Source: Tilletiaria anomala UBC 951 | Lineage: Eukaryota | NCBI RefSeq assembly: GCF_000711695.1 | Contig: NW_013547021.1 | Location: 248,001 to 312,000, forward strand | Direction: 5' to 3' | DNA: 64,000 nt | In this document: piece by piece, positions 12,630-26,215 of the stretch | How positions within the stretch are numbered: position 1 is the first letter of the stretch | Layout of the letters: the number at the start of each line of letters is the position of its first letter | Translations under genes and position numbers: made by a program | Notes under the pieces: model-generated | What the model saw: only the letters and a program-made list of their open reading frames with translations | Databases searched by the model: none | What the model was told of the DNA's origin: nothing

Positions 12630-14215
12630 CATGATGCGGCTCCTTGCCCGCGCTTACTGGTTTACCTCGCCCCCTGGCCTCGTCTGCCGCCGCGAGCAGT
12701 CGGCATGCCGTGTCCGATTCCTCCTCATATCTGTCGGCAATCAGCGACAGAGGAGCAGCTCTGTCCGTGACCCGGTCGGCGCTCCACTGCACGCTGCTCA
12801 TCGACATGCACGTCGACCTGCCCGTTGTCGCGCGCGAGATGTTCGGCAAGGACATCAGCGCATCCCCCTACGACCGCTTACCGTCGTCGGAATTTCCCCC
12901 ACAAAGGGCACGCCGACATTCCGGGCATGCGCCCACAGCGCTCGAGCAGGTTCCTTGGCATTGCATTTGTGCCGTGTCGCGAAGAGCTCGACGCGGGTGT
13001 CAGTGGCGATCCGCGCAAGGACGTTAACGGGTCGACCTGGACCGTGCGAGATACGTGGGACAGGTCGATGTCACAAAGACGCTCGCAGAGATATTCCTGG
13101 ATGCGAGATGGCACATCTAAGAATAAAATAAAACGGAACGGTTGCGAACCTGACCCCCCCCCTCCCCCTTGATGCATTTGCACAGACGTGGCACTGGCCA
13201 TGTCACCTGTCAAGGTGCGCTCGAACCTCAAATTAGGCAAGCTGACGCATATCATCGGCGTCGAGGGCGCACACATGCTCGGAAACTCCCTCGAGGTCCT
13301 GCGACAATACCAAGCGATCGGCGCGCGCTACCCAACGCTGTCGCACAACTGCCACAATATCTTTGCCAACTCGTGCTCGCCATCGGCGCCCGAGAGCCAA
13401 AAGGAGCTGCACGGCGGGCTCAGTGCGCGCAGCCGCGAGCTGGTCGACGAGATGAACCGCCTCGACATGCTCGTCGACCTGAGTCATACGAGCCAGCAAC
13501 AGCACCGCCGCGCAGAACATGACGCACCCATGCGCCCCCGTCATCTTCAGCCATTCCAGCAGGATGGAGCTCTTCCAGCAACCCAGGAATGTCAGAGACA
13601 GCGTGTCGGAGCTCTATACCAGCAGCAACCCATGGTACAAGGGCGACGCGCATAGCAATGTGCTGGCGAGTCACAGTTCTTCGCACAGCAGTGGTCGCTG
13701 GCGACAGCGACCACTGCTGTGCGAGGACGACGGAGAGGAAGAGGGAGGCCTCGCCGCGCCGGGCCTCAGTCGAGCGTATGCCGAGCTGGCGCATGCGCAA
13801 CGGCGTCGTCGCCGCGACGGCGGTGCCCGCATTCAACGGCCTAAACAGCTCTCTGCGCGACGTCTCCGACCACATCGAGCAACTCGCCGCCGTCGTCGGT
13901 AGACACCGCGTCGCGATCGGAATGGGCTTGGGTAGATTCTTGGAGCGGCCACCCAAAGGGATTGAAGACGTGCCGATGTATTCGAATGTGGTGACTCATC
14001 ATACCTTGTCCGTGAAAAGCGCCTTGCTCAGCGTGCTGATTGAGATACGACTCGCATCCCCTGGCTTGCGACGATCGATTTGCGCGCTGGAGGCAAGCAT
14101 GCAACACGCTACAAAAGCGTCTAGGCAAGAGGCGAGCTGAGGGGGCTTGCGGGCGGCAACCACCTGCGCGTCTGGCACAAGATCGAGCTCGTCAGCCACG
14201 TCATGCGCGGGTAGG
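12630..14215 (+). pseudogene. Decayed membrane/renal-type dipeptidase (peptidase M19)
   Basis: M19 motifs occur in order but in different reading frames: LLIDMHVDLP, GHADIPGMR, IIGVEGAHMLGNSLEVLRQYQAIGARYPTLSHNCHN, GGLSARSRELVDEMNRLDMLVDLSHTS, APVIFSHSS, RNVRD, LRDVSDHIEQLAAVVGRHRVAIG, KGIEDVPMY, LRGLAGGNHLRVW. Several frame changes are too short to be introns. Boundaries are approximate. Confidence 0.8.
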
Positions 14216-14654
14216 AGCACATCAATATCAGCATGCGGCTGTATGATTCAATTCCTGGTGTGGGTAAGGGCAACAAGGGGTGGAAGATGCGCGGTAGTCG
14301 GGTGCGCCAAGTAGGTCAAGGTTGATATCGACCGTTTTGTAATTAAATGTCGATTCATAAGCAATAGACGAACCTTTTATCTACTTAGATACAATCTGTC
14401 GCCCGAGTATGATAGCTTTGCTGTCATTAAAATATCCTGTAACACTCGTGAACCACGGTGCGATCAGAGCGGTGTGTTGGGAAAGCTGAATGGCATGCCG
14501 CACTGCCAAAGACTCCTCTCAGCTAACTCTCTCATGTTGTTACGACTCTCTGCCACACCCCACCACTGTCAACTGCGACCCGCCGTGTCCGCTTGTTCGT
14601 ATTGCAACTCAAAGCTTTCGTCAATGCCTGACGGATGGTCTAGGAGAGCATGCC

Positions 14655-15578
14655 ATGCCACCAAAAAAGGCTAGCTCGGTCAACGGCAAGTCGTTACTCG
14701 TAGCATCATCAACCTCACTACGGACTCGCGCCCTTGCCTCCAAGGTCGGCCACGACCGCAATGGGAAAGCACGCAACGATGCTCCTCTCACTCCATTCGA
14801 AGGCTCACAAACGTGGACGAGTGTAGTACCTGCTGTTCAAGAACTCGTTTCCAGCTCGATTCCTTCGCCAGGCCTGTCTCCTCGAATCGGGGCCATCTTT
14901 TGCTTACCACCCGAAGAGAGCAGCGCCTTCCACCCCGCGACTGCACCAGCCATCACTGGAGGTCTTACGGTTGTACGGCGCATAAACAAGAATGCACTTG
15001 TTTCCCTGCCTGCGGATAAGGTTGCTTTCGGGGTAGCGCCAGGTTCGGCTCGGGGTATACCGCTCCGTCCACACACCAAGCCGAGAGGAGCCATGGAGAC
15101 GCGTGGGCATCCCGCTGCAGGTCAGTACGGGCTTTTCGCATGCACGCGGATACCCCCCAGGACGGCTCTGGCGCCGTACCTAGGCGTCGTGCATACCGAA
15201 GACGAGAGCCGCGAGGAGAGCGAGTACGACTTGCGTGTGTGGGCGACGGCCGCTCGGTCCAATCCCTCAGCAGAAAGTGGGGACGGGGAAGAAGAGCTGG
15301 AGCGTATCCCACTGGGCATCGACGCAACGCACGCAGGGAGCATCGCACGCTTCGTCAACGACTACCGCGGCATCCTCGTCCGGCCGAATGTCTTCTTCCA
15401 AGACTGGGCCGCGCCCGTCGCAGCAGAGCATCGCGAAGCGTTCCAGCGCGCGTGTCCAGGCGAAGAGGCCATCGTGCGCGGCATCGGACTGTTCACTGGC
15501 GCGCATTGGATCGAGAGAGATCAGGAGCTGTGCGTGAGTTACGGCAAGGGATTCTGGCATGCTAGGATAGATGGGTAG
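14655..15578 (+). CDS. Small SET-domain protein (putative lysine methyltransferase, S. pombe Set7-like)
   Basis: QYGLFACTRIPPRTALAPYLGVVH, GIDATHAGSIARFVNDYRG...PNVFF and ELCVSYGKGFW match the SET GxG, RFxNH-like and ELxxxY motifs. Likely start is MPPKK at 14655. Confidence 0.85.
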   Translation: MPPKKASSVNGKSLLVASSTSLRTRALASKVGHDRNGKARNDAPLTPFEGSQTWTSVVPAVQELVSSSIPSPGLSPRIGAIFCLPPEESSAFHPATAPAITGGLTVVRRINKNALVSLPADKVAFGVAPGSARGIPLRPHTKPRGAMETRGHPAAGQYGLFACTRIPPRTALAPYLGVVHTEDESREESEYDLRVWATAARSNPSAESGDGEEELERIPLGIDATHAGSIARFVNDYRGILVRPNVFFQDWAAPVAAEHREAFQRACPGEEAIVRGIGLFTGAHWIERDQELCVSYGKGFWHARIDG

Positions 15579-15692
15579 ATACAGCTGGATAGCATGGATC
15601 AAATTGGAACGGACGAAAGTCCGTGATTCATTAACATCTAATGTGCCAAATGTCGTTCACATTGGAACTGGAAAGAGCGCGCACGCCATCAC

Positions 15693-17058
15693 TCAGCACC
15701 ACCACCCTTTCTCGCACGCTATCCAATCCACCTTGCCGCCGTGCTCCGCGCCGTACCATGCGATACAGGGCAAAGATTTGCTCGTCCTCGTGACCAAGTT
15801 TGCGCCGGCCAATTCGCTCGTTAGACGCTCTGCATCTGCCACGGTCGGATTCTCTGCATCTGCAACGCCTGCTGCAACGAGGTCAACGTTCCAGGCAACG
15901 ATGCGCTTGAGGCCCTCTTTCGAAGCAGCCGCACGCGCCGCAGCGACGAGCGCCAGCAGCTCTTCCCTGCTGCTGAAACGCAGGCGCAGGAAGATGAGCT
16001 CCAGCGTATTCGGCTGATAGTTGTACGCCCAGACTGCAAATGCGTTGCTGAGCCCTTCGACCCGCGCGCCCCAGACTGTCGGCGATCGCCCCGCGCGGGA
16101 AGCGTAGAACTTGCTCCGCGCGATGCTCCACCGCCACGCGAGGCCCTGCGGATCGGACAGGGTGAAGCGCACCGCTTGCGGTCCGCCGAGGTGGCGCGGC
16201 GCTGGTTGTGCTATCTCTTGCCGCAGGACAGACTCGTCGGCCGTTGCCAAGGCCGGTATATCGGCTTCTGTGACGGCTGTGGTGGATGGAGCTTTGGCCG
16301 ATATAATGGCCTGCATACCCCACTCTAGCTGGTCCGCCTTGTTTACATGCCACCCTAGAGGCTCATAGAATCTGCAGGGAAGGAATGTAGAGCCATCTCG
16401 TCAGTTGTGCTGCTTCGTTGAACTGGCCTGACAAATGTAATCACTTTCCAACATCGCTGAATAAGAACGAAAGAATACCGTCTTTTCCATATCGACCTGT
16501 TTCCTCGACAATTCCAATAGAGGGGGGAGACGCAGGTTGTATTTGTCCATGCAGCAGCTTCATGAGCATTGCAGCATAGCCCTTGCGGCGTTTCTGGGCC
16601 GGTACAAAGACGGACGCAATAGAGTAGCTGATGGCCGTAACTGGAATCTCATTCTCGGGGTGCCTAATCATAATCTTTCTGCGATACTGCGGCGGAAGAA
16701 ATGCAGCCATCAAGCTGAGGTCGGCGCTATCTTCGAAATCATTGGCCATGTATGCTCCTCACAGTTTCGCACGCGGCGAGAAAGTCTAGCGTTTCCTCGT
16801 CCCCTTTGGGGACAAGGACCCTGCATGGGTTGCCGGTGGTCATTCACCATCATTTCTAGCTTCTACACGTAATCTCGAACGAGCTCACCATCTTCGTCTA
16901 CCCCCATCGCCATTCCTCGCAAATGGCTGCGAGTCGAGCATGTCTTCCCTTTCGGAAAACTGCTCCAGCGTCATCCCGACGCCCCATTCTACCGATTCCC
17001 TCTTGCGCGCTTCTGCATCCTGCTCAGGCGTCGCAAGACAGACGGCGTACGAGTCCAT
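15693..17058 (-). CDS. GNAT-family lysine N-acetyltransferase (LYC1-like)
   Basis: Spliced model reads MDSYAVCLATPEQ...EWGVGMTLEQFSERE...RW|VLVPKGDEETLDFLAACET|YRRK...SYSIASVFVPAQKRRKGYAAMLMKLLH (acetyl-CoA motif A)...SFLFSDVG|FYEPLGW...SLPCIAWYG...WIACEKGWWC*. First intron 16821-16888. Confidence 0.85.
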
Positions 17059-17708
17059 GCTGTGCAGTGTCGCACCGTTTTAGTCTGATCAAGTTCAGTT
17101 CAAGCGTGTAGATACATGAAGGAGGGACTCTTCACCATGAGGAGTTTCGAGGGACGAGTCACGAGATGCCTAGCAAGGACGGATGATGGAAGTATTACTT
17201 CAATGACTGCCAGTTCTACAACCCACAACAACAGAATGCAACATGTAGTTTGCAAGGAAATAGGTCACGTGATACTCCGCAGTGTTGTGCTTTCTCGCGC
17301 CTCATGGACGAGACGCGTACCTTGTGTGCCGTTGCCGTGTCTTTCTTTTTCGCCCTCTGGTGCTACTTCCAAGTCATCAATACACCTGCACCTGTTTGGT
17401 CCTTCGTCCTTTCCCAAGGCTCCATGCTCACGAGACACGAATCACCCTCTCGACTCGTATGTATTGGAGGACGACAACGCGTGACATCTATGAGCGGGAC
17501 TTCGAGGCAGATACTGACAACCTCACCGGCGCAACGAAGCGCGACGACTGGTGCTCAGCGTATCCTGCCAGCGGACCGAGCGTGTGCTCCCCCACAGATG
17601 AAGTAACTCGGGGTTGCTTTTATACCCCGGCCTGCAGCATACGTCCACTTATCTGACACACAACACGATCTGGTTACTATTGAGTCTGCTATATTGCTAG
17701 ATTTAAGC

Positions 17709-20700
17709 ATGGACGAGTTCCCACCAGGTGGTGGGCCCTCGGGGGAACCTGACTATTCGACCTGGTCGATCGAGGATCGCTTAGCATCCAAGGTGAGATC
17801 ATAGCTCATGAATTGTCAAGAGCGCACGAATTGACCGCATCATCTACGACCGTATTCCTGAATAGGTCTGGAAAGCGCGATGTTCAGCTTACGAAACTCT
17901 AGCAACGAAGTTCAGCCGGACTTCTGATGAGTCCGATCCGGCCTTCAAGCCATACCTTCGCGATGCCGACAAGCTCAGGGCGATGGTCATTGACAGCAAC
18001 GCTGTCGCGCAGGAAAAAGGAGTTGAGGCAGCCTGCAAGTTCGTGGAATTCTCGGGGAAGGAAGGCGGACGAACACGAGCTACCGTATTGCCAGCCGTCG
18101 TGGACAAATGTCTTGGGTCAACGAGGGCGGGAACAAAGAGGAGTGCTCTCGAGCTGACCCTATTTTATGTGGAGATGGAGGACGTGATGGGAAGTGAGGG
18201 CATTGTTGTGAGTATTCAGAAATTGACTCATCATGAGAACGCCATGACTAACGCGCTGTACCGGTCTGTTCAGACGGACGTACTAGGCGGCTTGTCAAGT
18301 AAGCAGCCAAAGGTGGTCGCGGCGTGTGTGGTCGCACTCAAGGAGATGGTCAAGCTATTCGGGCCAAAGCAAGTGTCCGCCAAACTCATTCTCAAGCGTC
18401 TTCCCGACATATTTGCGCACTCTGACAAGACTGTCAGAGCCGAGGGAGCAGAGCTCGCGAAAGAACTTTATCGGTACATCGGCGCAGCAATCGACCCCAC
18501 CATCGATAAACTCAAAGATATCCAGGCAAAGGAGCTCAGAGCCAGCTTTGAGCAGCTTGGAAGCGATAAGGCGGTACCGTCACGGCATATCCTTTCAGAG
18601 AAAGCAGTAGCTGAGGCAGCAGCGGCGGCGGCGGCAGCCGCCGGGGTGGCACCAACCGACGCCCGCGCTGCAGAGGGTGACGCTGGGCCCGGCGTGGACG
18701 CTGGTGATGCGGGGCTCGACGCGTACGATTTGGCTGAAGCGATCGACCCTTTCAAAGCAAAAGAGTGGCCGAACGATTATGAAGACCTCATCGCATCAAA
18801 GAAATGGTCCGAACGCAGGGATGCGCTGCAAGGGGCGCAAGCAGCACTGAAGGCGTCTCCAAAGCTGAGCCCTGCACCAGCGGGACAATATGACGCCCTA
18901 GTCGATGTCTGCGCGGAGAAAATCAAGAAGGACTCCAACATCGCTGTTGCCTGCGAAGCCTGCGCAGTGCTAGAGCTGCTCGCCAAGGGTCTGCGCAACT
19001 GGTTCGGAGGACGATACAAAAGCAAAGTCCTGCCCCCACTCCTTGAGAAGCTCAAGGAAAAGAAGCAGAGTGTCATGGACGCTGTCAACAGTACGCTTGA
19101 TGCAGTCTTTCAGACTGTCACATTCTCTGATATTTTGGAGGATGTCATCGCCGGAACGACACACAAGAACCCAAACGTCAAGGCACAATCGATCCTCTTC
19201 TTGGCGCGAAGCTTACGCACGACCCGTACGCCACCTGCCAAAGCCGATGTCAAACCCATTGCCGAGGCACTTGTCCAGGCCTTGAGCGACGCGGCTGGCG
19301 AAGTCCGAGACGCAGGCGCGCAAGGCTTAGGGACTTTGATGAAACTGGTTGGCGAAAGACCCATGAACCAATTCATCGATCAATTGGACGATATCAAGAA
19401 GGCGAAGGTCAAGGAGGAGTTCGCCAATGCAACTGTCAAAGTCAAGATGGGTACTCCCTCGGGTACTGCACCTGCTTCGCGAGCTCCTGCAGCAGCTGCA
19501 AAGCCCGCGCCATCTCTAGCGCCAAGACAAGGGCGGACTTCAGACAAAGAAAACCTGCCGCCCACTTCCGAAAAAGGAGGTCAAGGAGCGATGCCTGCAT
19601 TTGGATCTGCTGCGCTGGGGCCAAAGGCACCGGTAGCGCGTCCCCCTGCCAAAAAGCCGACCACAGCACCGGCCAAGAAGCCTTTGGGTGGCTCGGGGCC
19701 GCCGAAGGTTGGAAAGCCCAGCGGTGCTGCTGCTTCGGCCACAGAGCCAGTCAAATTCCGCTTCACGCCAGAGGATGCTGAAGGCAAGGCAGCCGAACTC
19801 ATTCCATGCGAGATCTCCGGCCTCATCTCGAGCGCAAATTGGAAAGAAAGGCTGGAGGGAATGACTAACTTCAACACATGGCTAGGAGGCTCCGTATCAG
19901 ATATCGAAAGCGAATTGGTCGTTCGGACTCTTGGAAAGAAGCCTGGCTGGAAGGAGAGCAATTTCCAGGTTTTAAGCGAAGTCTACAAGGTCCTCCGACA
20001 GCTTGCCGATACTTGCCCCACTTTTGGTCGCGCCTCAGTCGCCCTCTCGGTCCAACCTTTGGTCGAGAAGCTGGGAGATATCAAGCTCAAGACAGCTGCA
20101 GGTGACACGATGCTCTTGTATGCGGAGAAGACTTCCTTTGGCTTTTTGCTCGCTCAAGCATTAACGCCTTTGGCAGGTCTAAAGGCGCCCAAGGCGATCG
20201 CAGACTCTCTCTCATGGGTCGACCAAGCCATCCTGGAATTCGGCTTTCAGGGCGTGGATGTGCGGAGCTTGGTGGATCACCTGGTCGACTGTCTCAAGTC
20301 AGCGAATGCTGCAGTGCGGTCCAATGCAACCAAAGTCTTCGGCACTGTCGCACGTTATGTCGGGCCTGCCCTGAACACGTTTATCGCGGACATCAACGCG
20401 CAGCTGAAAGCCAGCATTGAAGCCGAGATTGCGAAGGCAGGCAATAACCCTCCACCTGCTCCGACACGCTTCAGTGCAGAGCTGCAAGCAATGGTGTCCG
20501 CCAGCGCTAAAGCGGCCAGCGGTTCCGCAGCACCTGTTACGCATGACCCTCTGGAAGACCTCGTGCCCCGCCAGTCCCTCGAAAAACTTATCCCAGCATC
20601 GGCAATCGCTCAGCTCAACCATACCAACTGGAAGGAGCGAAAGGAAGGCTTGGAGCAAATACAGTCTATCTTGGAAGTCAACTCGCGACTCAAGCCTGAG

Positions 20701-23700
20701 ATGAACGAGTTAACCCAGGCACTCAAGCTTCGTTATGCTGATAGCAATATGCAGGTCAAGACCTTGGCGCTTGATGTCATCAGCCGAATAGCGACAGGCA
20801 TGGGCAAAGGGTTCGAGACTCACGCTCGGACTTTCGTGCCCCCTGTCACCGCAGTTCTTGCAGATGCGAAAGTGCCCATGCGTGCTGCTGCTTCTGCGGC
20901 CCTTACAGCCATGGCGGAGGCGTCGACTGTCGCGCCCATGATCCCGGGGTTTACCACCGTTCTCGAGAGCAAGTCAGCCAACCCTATGCTCAAACAGGAT
21001 CTCTTCACATGGCTGGCCACCTGGTTCGGAACGCATCCGCCCGAGAAGCCACTAGACTTGGCACCTCTTGCGCAACACGCCGTCTTTGCACTCGACGACA
21101 AGCTGGCTGCGGTCCGAAAGGCAGCGCAAGCCGCCCTACCATTCATCATGGCACGAGCTGGATACAAGTTCGTGATGGACCAGACAAATTCGCTCAAAGC
21201 CGCCTCCCGGAACTCAGTCATTCCGCTGATTGACGCAGCCAAGGCTCAGATGCCCGCCATGGCCGCCGGTCCCAAGGGCACTGCGCAGAGCGCAGAGGCA
21301 AAACAGCCACCAGCGAGCACACGAGCAACCAGTGTGGCTCAAAGTAAGGCCAGTGTGCGGGAAGATAACAACGATTCCGCTGCACCAGCTCCTGCAGCTA
21401 CAATTCCAAAGACCTCGACTCTCAAACCGGGTTTGAAAGCGCCTAGCGCCGTAGGCCGATCCTTGCGTGCTCCAACGACCGCACGACCAGTTTCTACGCT
21501 TCTCAGCAGCGACGATGGACCACACGGTATGAGCAAGTCACGCCTTGGAATGGGCAAACGTCCGACTTCCGCAGCGCAGTCTGGGAGCGGTCTTGCAAAA
21601 GACGGGACATCACCTATCATCACCGCTGACCTCAAATTTAAAGCGGCCCGGGAGAAGAAAGAGTCACGCGGCGTGCATTGGATCGGCCCAGACGCTACAG
21701 CGAAACCAGAGTTGGCAGACTTCCTTCGAGCTCAGTGCGAGCATCATTTCAGCAATGGCATCCTGGACGCCATGTTTTCCAAGGACCATAGCGCCGAAAG
21801 GGACTTTCTCGCTGCTCTCACGCTCCTTTCAGACTTTGTCGGCTCTCCTGGCTTTGCCTCACAAGAGTTTGACTTGTCCGCCGACGATGTTTCAGCAAGG
21901 CTGATTTCAAACGCCGACTTGCTCTTCAAGTACATCACGCTACGCCTTACAGACAACAATACTAGCATCTCGCTGAAGTGTCTGGATATCCTCGATCACC
22001 TTGTGGATGTCCTTCGCGAGCAACGGTATAACATGAGCGACTATGAGGCAAGCCTTCTGCTTCCCTGTGTCGTTGCCAAGGTGAGCACTCCATCTAGTTT
22101 ACTAAAGCAATGAGAGTATTGACTTGAGTAAACGTGCCTCAAAGTTTGGAGACCCAAAGATCGCATTCAGAGACCGAATCCGCGAGATCCTCCGTAAGCT
22201 CGGCTTCATTTTCCCGCCGAGCAAGCTGCTCTTCAGGTATCTGGAAGAGGGGCTGCAAGCGAAGAACATGCGTGTGCGCGTCGAATGCTTGGGAGAAGTG
22301 GGCTACATTTTCGCAAAGAATGGCTTGCATGTTTGCACGCCTGCGAAAGTACTTCCGCTGATTGCGAAGCAGATCGGCGACCGAGATGCGAACGTACGAC
22401 AAGCCGCTCTGGGAGCTCTCAGCGAGGCATACAAGATTGTCGGCGACGATGTCTATGGCTTGTGCGGCGATTTGCCAGGAAAAGAACGCTCCATGCTCGA
22501 AGAAAGGCTCAAGCGCGTGCCTACGACGAAGGGCTTGGCTACTGCAGCGTCAAAGGCAGCCACCCAATTGCCTGGCTCTCGGCTCGCTCGACCATCGCTT
22601 ATCATGGCGAGTGGCAGTGGTATTGGGCGGCCGAGACAGTCAACACTGCCAAAACCTGCACCTGCAGTATCGTCACTGGCCCCCAAGGCTCCCCAGAGTG
22701 CGTTGGCCTCGAATGACGCTCCAGCGGTCGAGCCTGTAGAGTCCGAAGATCTCTACGGAAGCGGACAGGAGGACGAAGAGGATGACATGCCAATCGAGCA
22801 GTGCATCAACGAGATCACTAGCACAGACGCAAAACGTGCTAGCTATGCTATGCAGCACGTTGAGCACTATATCAAGGAGACCGACCCTGTCATTTCTTCC
22901 TATGCGGACCAACTGATCATCGTTCTGGGCAAGGCGTTCCGCAAAGCCTTCGCTGCAGAAGGGGAGTCACCAGAATTGGAAAAACTTCGTCGCCATCTGC
23001 TGGTAACCTTAACAAGCTTTTTTGCCAACGACGAAAAATGGGACGGGAAACCTCTGGGAGCATTCGTCACTCAGTCAGCACTTGGACCACTCCTGACCGA
23101 GCTTCTGCAGTGGCTCATTGAGGCAACGCGCGCCGCGGATGAGGAGCCATTGAAAAAATACTCCAAGATTCTGAACGTTCTTGTTCTGCGGAGCTTCTCG
23201 ACCTGCGAGGTAAATGTTTTGTACGAGTGAGTATTTCTATTTGTCCACCAGTTCAACGTGTGCACTATCTGATCTAATTTCTTTCCATTGTACAGCACCT
23301 GCTTCTCGATGTTGGCCGAGGCGACGGAAGACTTCCGCGAATTGTCGCCTGCGCTGCTCAGCAAGCGTGCCAAGTTCGCGGATTTGATAATCAAATGTGT
23401 CTGGAAGATTACCAAGGCGCTTCCAGATTTCCTTCAGAACAATTTGGTCGATCCAAGCCGTCTGCTCTTGGCGCTCGAACGACTGTTCCAAGTGGTCCCG
23501 CCAAACGAGTGGAAGGCGCGCGCACGCGATGGGTTGCCAATCTCAGACCTGCCGCTGAAAACCCTCAAGATCATCCTCACGCACGTGCACACGGCCTTGG
23601 GCGAGGACGTGCTCAACCATCTCGACCTCATTTCCGAGCCCGAGAATAGCACTATTTACCCCTACCTCGTGCGCCTCGTCAATCGCGATGAGGAGGAAGA

Positions 23701-24614
23701 TCGCGATGATGCGTTGGTTGCAAATGTCGATGACAGCCCGAGGAGCCGTGCCAAAGGTCGTCGCACGCCTCCGACCCCTGCTTCACCTCAGCAAGCATCG
23801 AAGAGTACGCCCATGTCGCCAGCTTCCACCAGCATGGACGACGAGCCTGCGAATGCGGAGTTGTTGGCCATCTTCGGGCGCATTTCTCAGAAAGACCAGT
23901 CATCGCTTGCAATCAAGGACCTCTACGAATTCACCAAAAAATATCCGCACAAGTTTGCCAATGTTGAGAAAGCATTGCAAAACACGGGCCCGATCTTCCA
24001 GAGGTAAGTCAATTCGAGTAATTCGGAGTGACATACATAAAGAAAGCGACTTAGACGCAGATGTGGCATTTCAGATACATTAAGCGCGCGCTTGCAAGGC
24101 ATGCTGCTGAAGATGAAGAGGCTGGTCAAGTTGAAGCTGGTACGTGACATACGTATGATGGTCATCGTCGCTCCATCCAATGCTAATGCTCGCCACTTTT
24201 GCAGGAGCAGCCTCAAGTGGACTGGAATCTCCACGAATGTCCCGTCGTAATTCTACCCGGGATTCAGTGCGCACCAGTGTAGCGCTGCAAGACATGTACC
24301 TACCAGCGTCGCCGCGGCCGTCGCTTGGAAATGGCGGTATCGGCTTGGCGAGTCCCTGCCTCAGCTCGGCGCTGTCAGACGCGCCTGCATCGCCCTTGCA
24401 CAACGGCTCAGCAGCTAGCAACGGGCACGGACAACGAACGTCTGTGGCAGCCGATGAGCGACTCGCAGAGCTGCGAGCGCGCTTTGGGCGGCCAAGCCCA
24501 ATAGCACCGGCAGCTGCATACAGCGGCGATGGTGAACGGGTCCACTCGGAAGGCGCATCGAGCACCAATCCGGACGTAATCAGGAACAAGCTTGCAGCCA
24601 TGAGGGGCGAGTAA
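17709..24614 (+). CDS. STU2: XMAP215/ch-TOG/Dis1-family microtubule polymerase (multi-TOG)
   Basis: Repeated TOG starts (SK|VWKARCSAY, SKKWSERRDAL, SANWKERLEGM, HTNWKERKEGL), plus HKNPNVK and KPGWKESNFQV; HEAT-repeat character throughout; introns at 17793-17865, about 18208-18273, near 22081, near 23227, 24004-24074 and 24140-24204; ends RNKLAAMRGE*. Confidence 0.92.
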
Positions 24615-25393
24615 GCCGCGAAGCTCATGCTGGTCTCTTATTCACCCTGCTCGCTCACTAGCGTGCCTACTTGCATGCTACCTACTTGCACTGGCATACA
24701 TGCCGGCAATAGTGTGGTATATCCTAGACTGTATCATACTCGTGTCAACTCTGTGTACGCGACTTTGGAGACATTCCGGAACTTGCATCGTTCAACACAT
24801 GCAAGGATGTGGCCACAAAGAACCTGGCGCCTGTAAGGTTGTGAAGGTCATCGGCACCTCACAAGACCTCCGGGTGTAAAGTAAGAGTTGACACTTGGAA
24901 TCATGCACACCTGATAACCCTCCTCTCGACGCGCTCGGTTTGTCCATGGTTGCACTGGCTCCAGCTGCCAAGAGATGGAGGCGCTGTGGTGCTTCCATAT
25001 TGTGATTTTCGGTGCAACACGTCCACAATTGCGCTCATCTGGATTGGACTTAAGCTTGGCTATGGCATGCGCCAGGTGGCGCATTTTAAAAGACGAGGCA
25101 ATAAGCGGGACACGCGGGCCATAAATGAGGCATAAGCCCATCTGCCAAGGTCATCACTCCGGGAACGCTGTTATAAGCGGATTTCTTCATTGAGCAGCAC
25201 AGCGACAGTTTCGCTCCTTCAAACAAGCACCGCATGTCCAGTCCTTGAGGCGGCGCGACGAAGGCAGTCAGAGGCTTGGTTAAGTGACTGTCCCAACGCG
25301 AGCACCAATAGGTCGCTCTCGTCGCTGCGACCGCTTCGGCGTTCATATCCTTGGCAATTTCCCATCCCTGGTACGGCACATTACCACTATCCA

Positions 25394-26215
25394 TGATCAA
25401 GCGTGCAGCTGAGCCGTCGAAGGATGGTTCACGCAGATATGGCATTTACCCCAGAGGCAAGCAGGTCGACACTCCGCTTGGTCGCATCAACTTCGAAGTC
25501 ATTGGCGCGGCAGACAGCAAGAAGCGGCTGTTCGTTCATGGCATCTCGATTCTATCTGCAGCATGGTAGCTCCTTGTGCCCCGTCTAGTCGATACGACCC
25601 TGTTCACTTCGCAGACTGTTTACCTCTTGTCCGCGCTCAACTTGCCAGGCTGGGACAATTTGACCTCGTCAACATGTCCCTCGGCCGAAGGACCGCTATA
25701 ATGTTCGCTTACTGCTTCCCCGATGGGATCATGTGAATGCATCTCCTGTGTCCAGTTGAAGGAACGCCTAAGCGTGACTTCCCGTTCTCATCCGCTTCGC
25801 CATGAGCCAATATAACTCCTTGGAAACACCTGCCAGTCTTCGCCTCGCCGCCCTCATCCCGCGTAAGAGCATCGAAATTGCCAAGTGGCAGGTCGAGAAC
25901 CACCCTGAGTTCCTGCTCGCCTTCACGCGTAGCATGACCCAAGGGCCCACCTTCGATATGAAAGACACACTGCAGGCCACGGTGAATGTATCGCTGCCGT
26001 CTGGAGACAAGGATTCTACCGTCCCCATGGTTACCAAGGACTTTTGGGCAGCCTCAGAATTGACGTGATCGAAGGTGCGTCAGGTCGATCCAAAGAGAAG
26101 CTGTGACGTTCTGTACGTCACAGGGTTTCTCGCCCTATGTATTTGCAGGTGGAGGGCACTTCTTGGTTTTGACACACCCCGAGCAGACCGATAAATTTAT
26201 CATAGCTCATCTAAT
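25394..26215 (+). pseudogene. Decayed alpha/beta-hydrolase
   Basis: VDTPLGRINFEVIGAADSKKRLFVHGIS (N-terminal HG motif) is followed by an in-frame TAG (25567-25569). A C-terminal piece GDKDSTVP runs into TGA (26066-26068), then GGGHFLVLTHPEQTDKFII (catalytic His region). No intact nucleophile region was recoverable. Confidence 0.6.
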
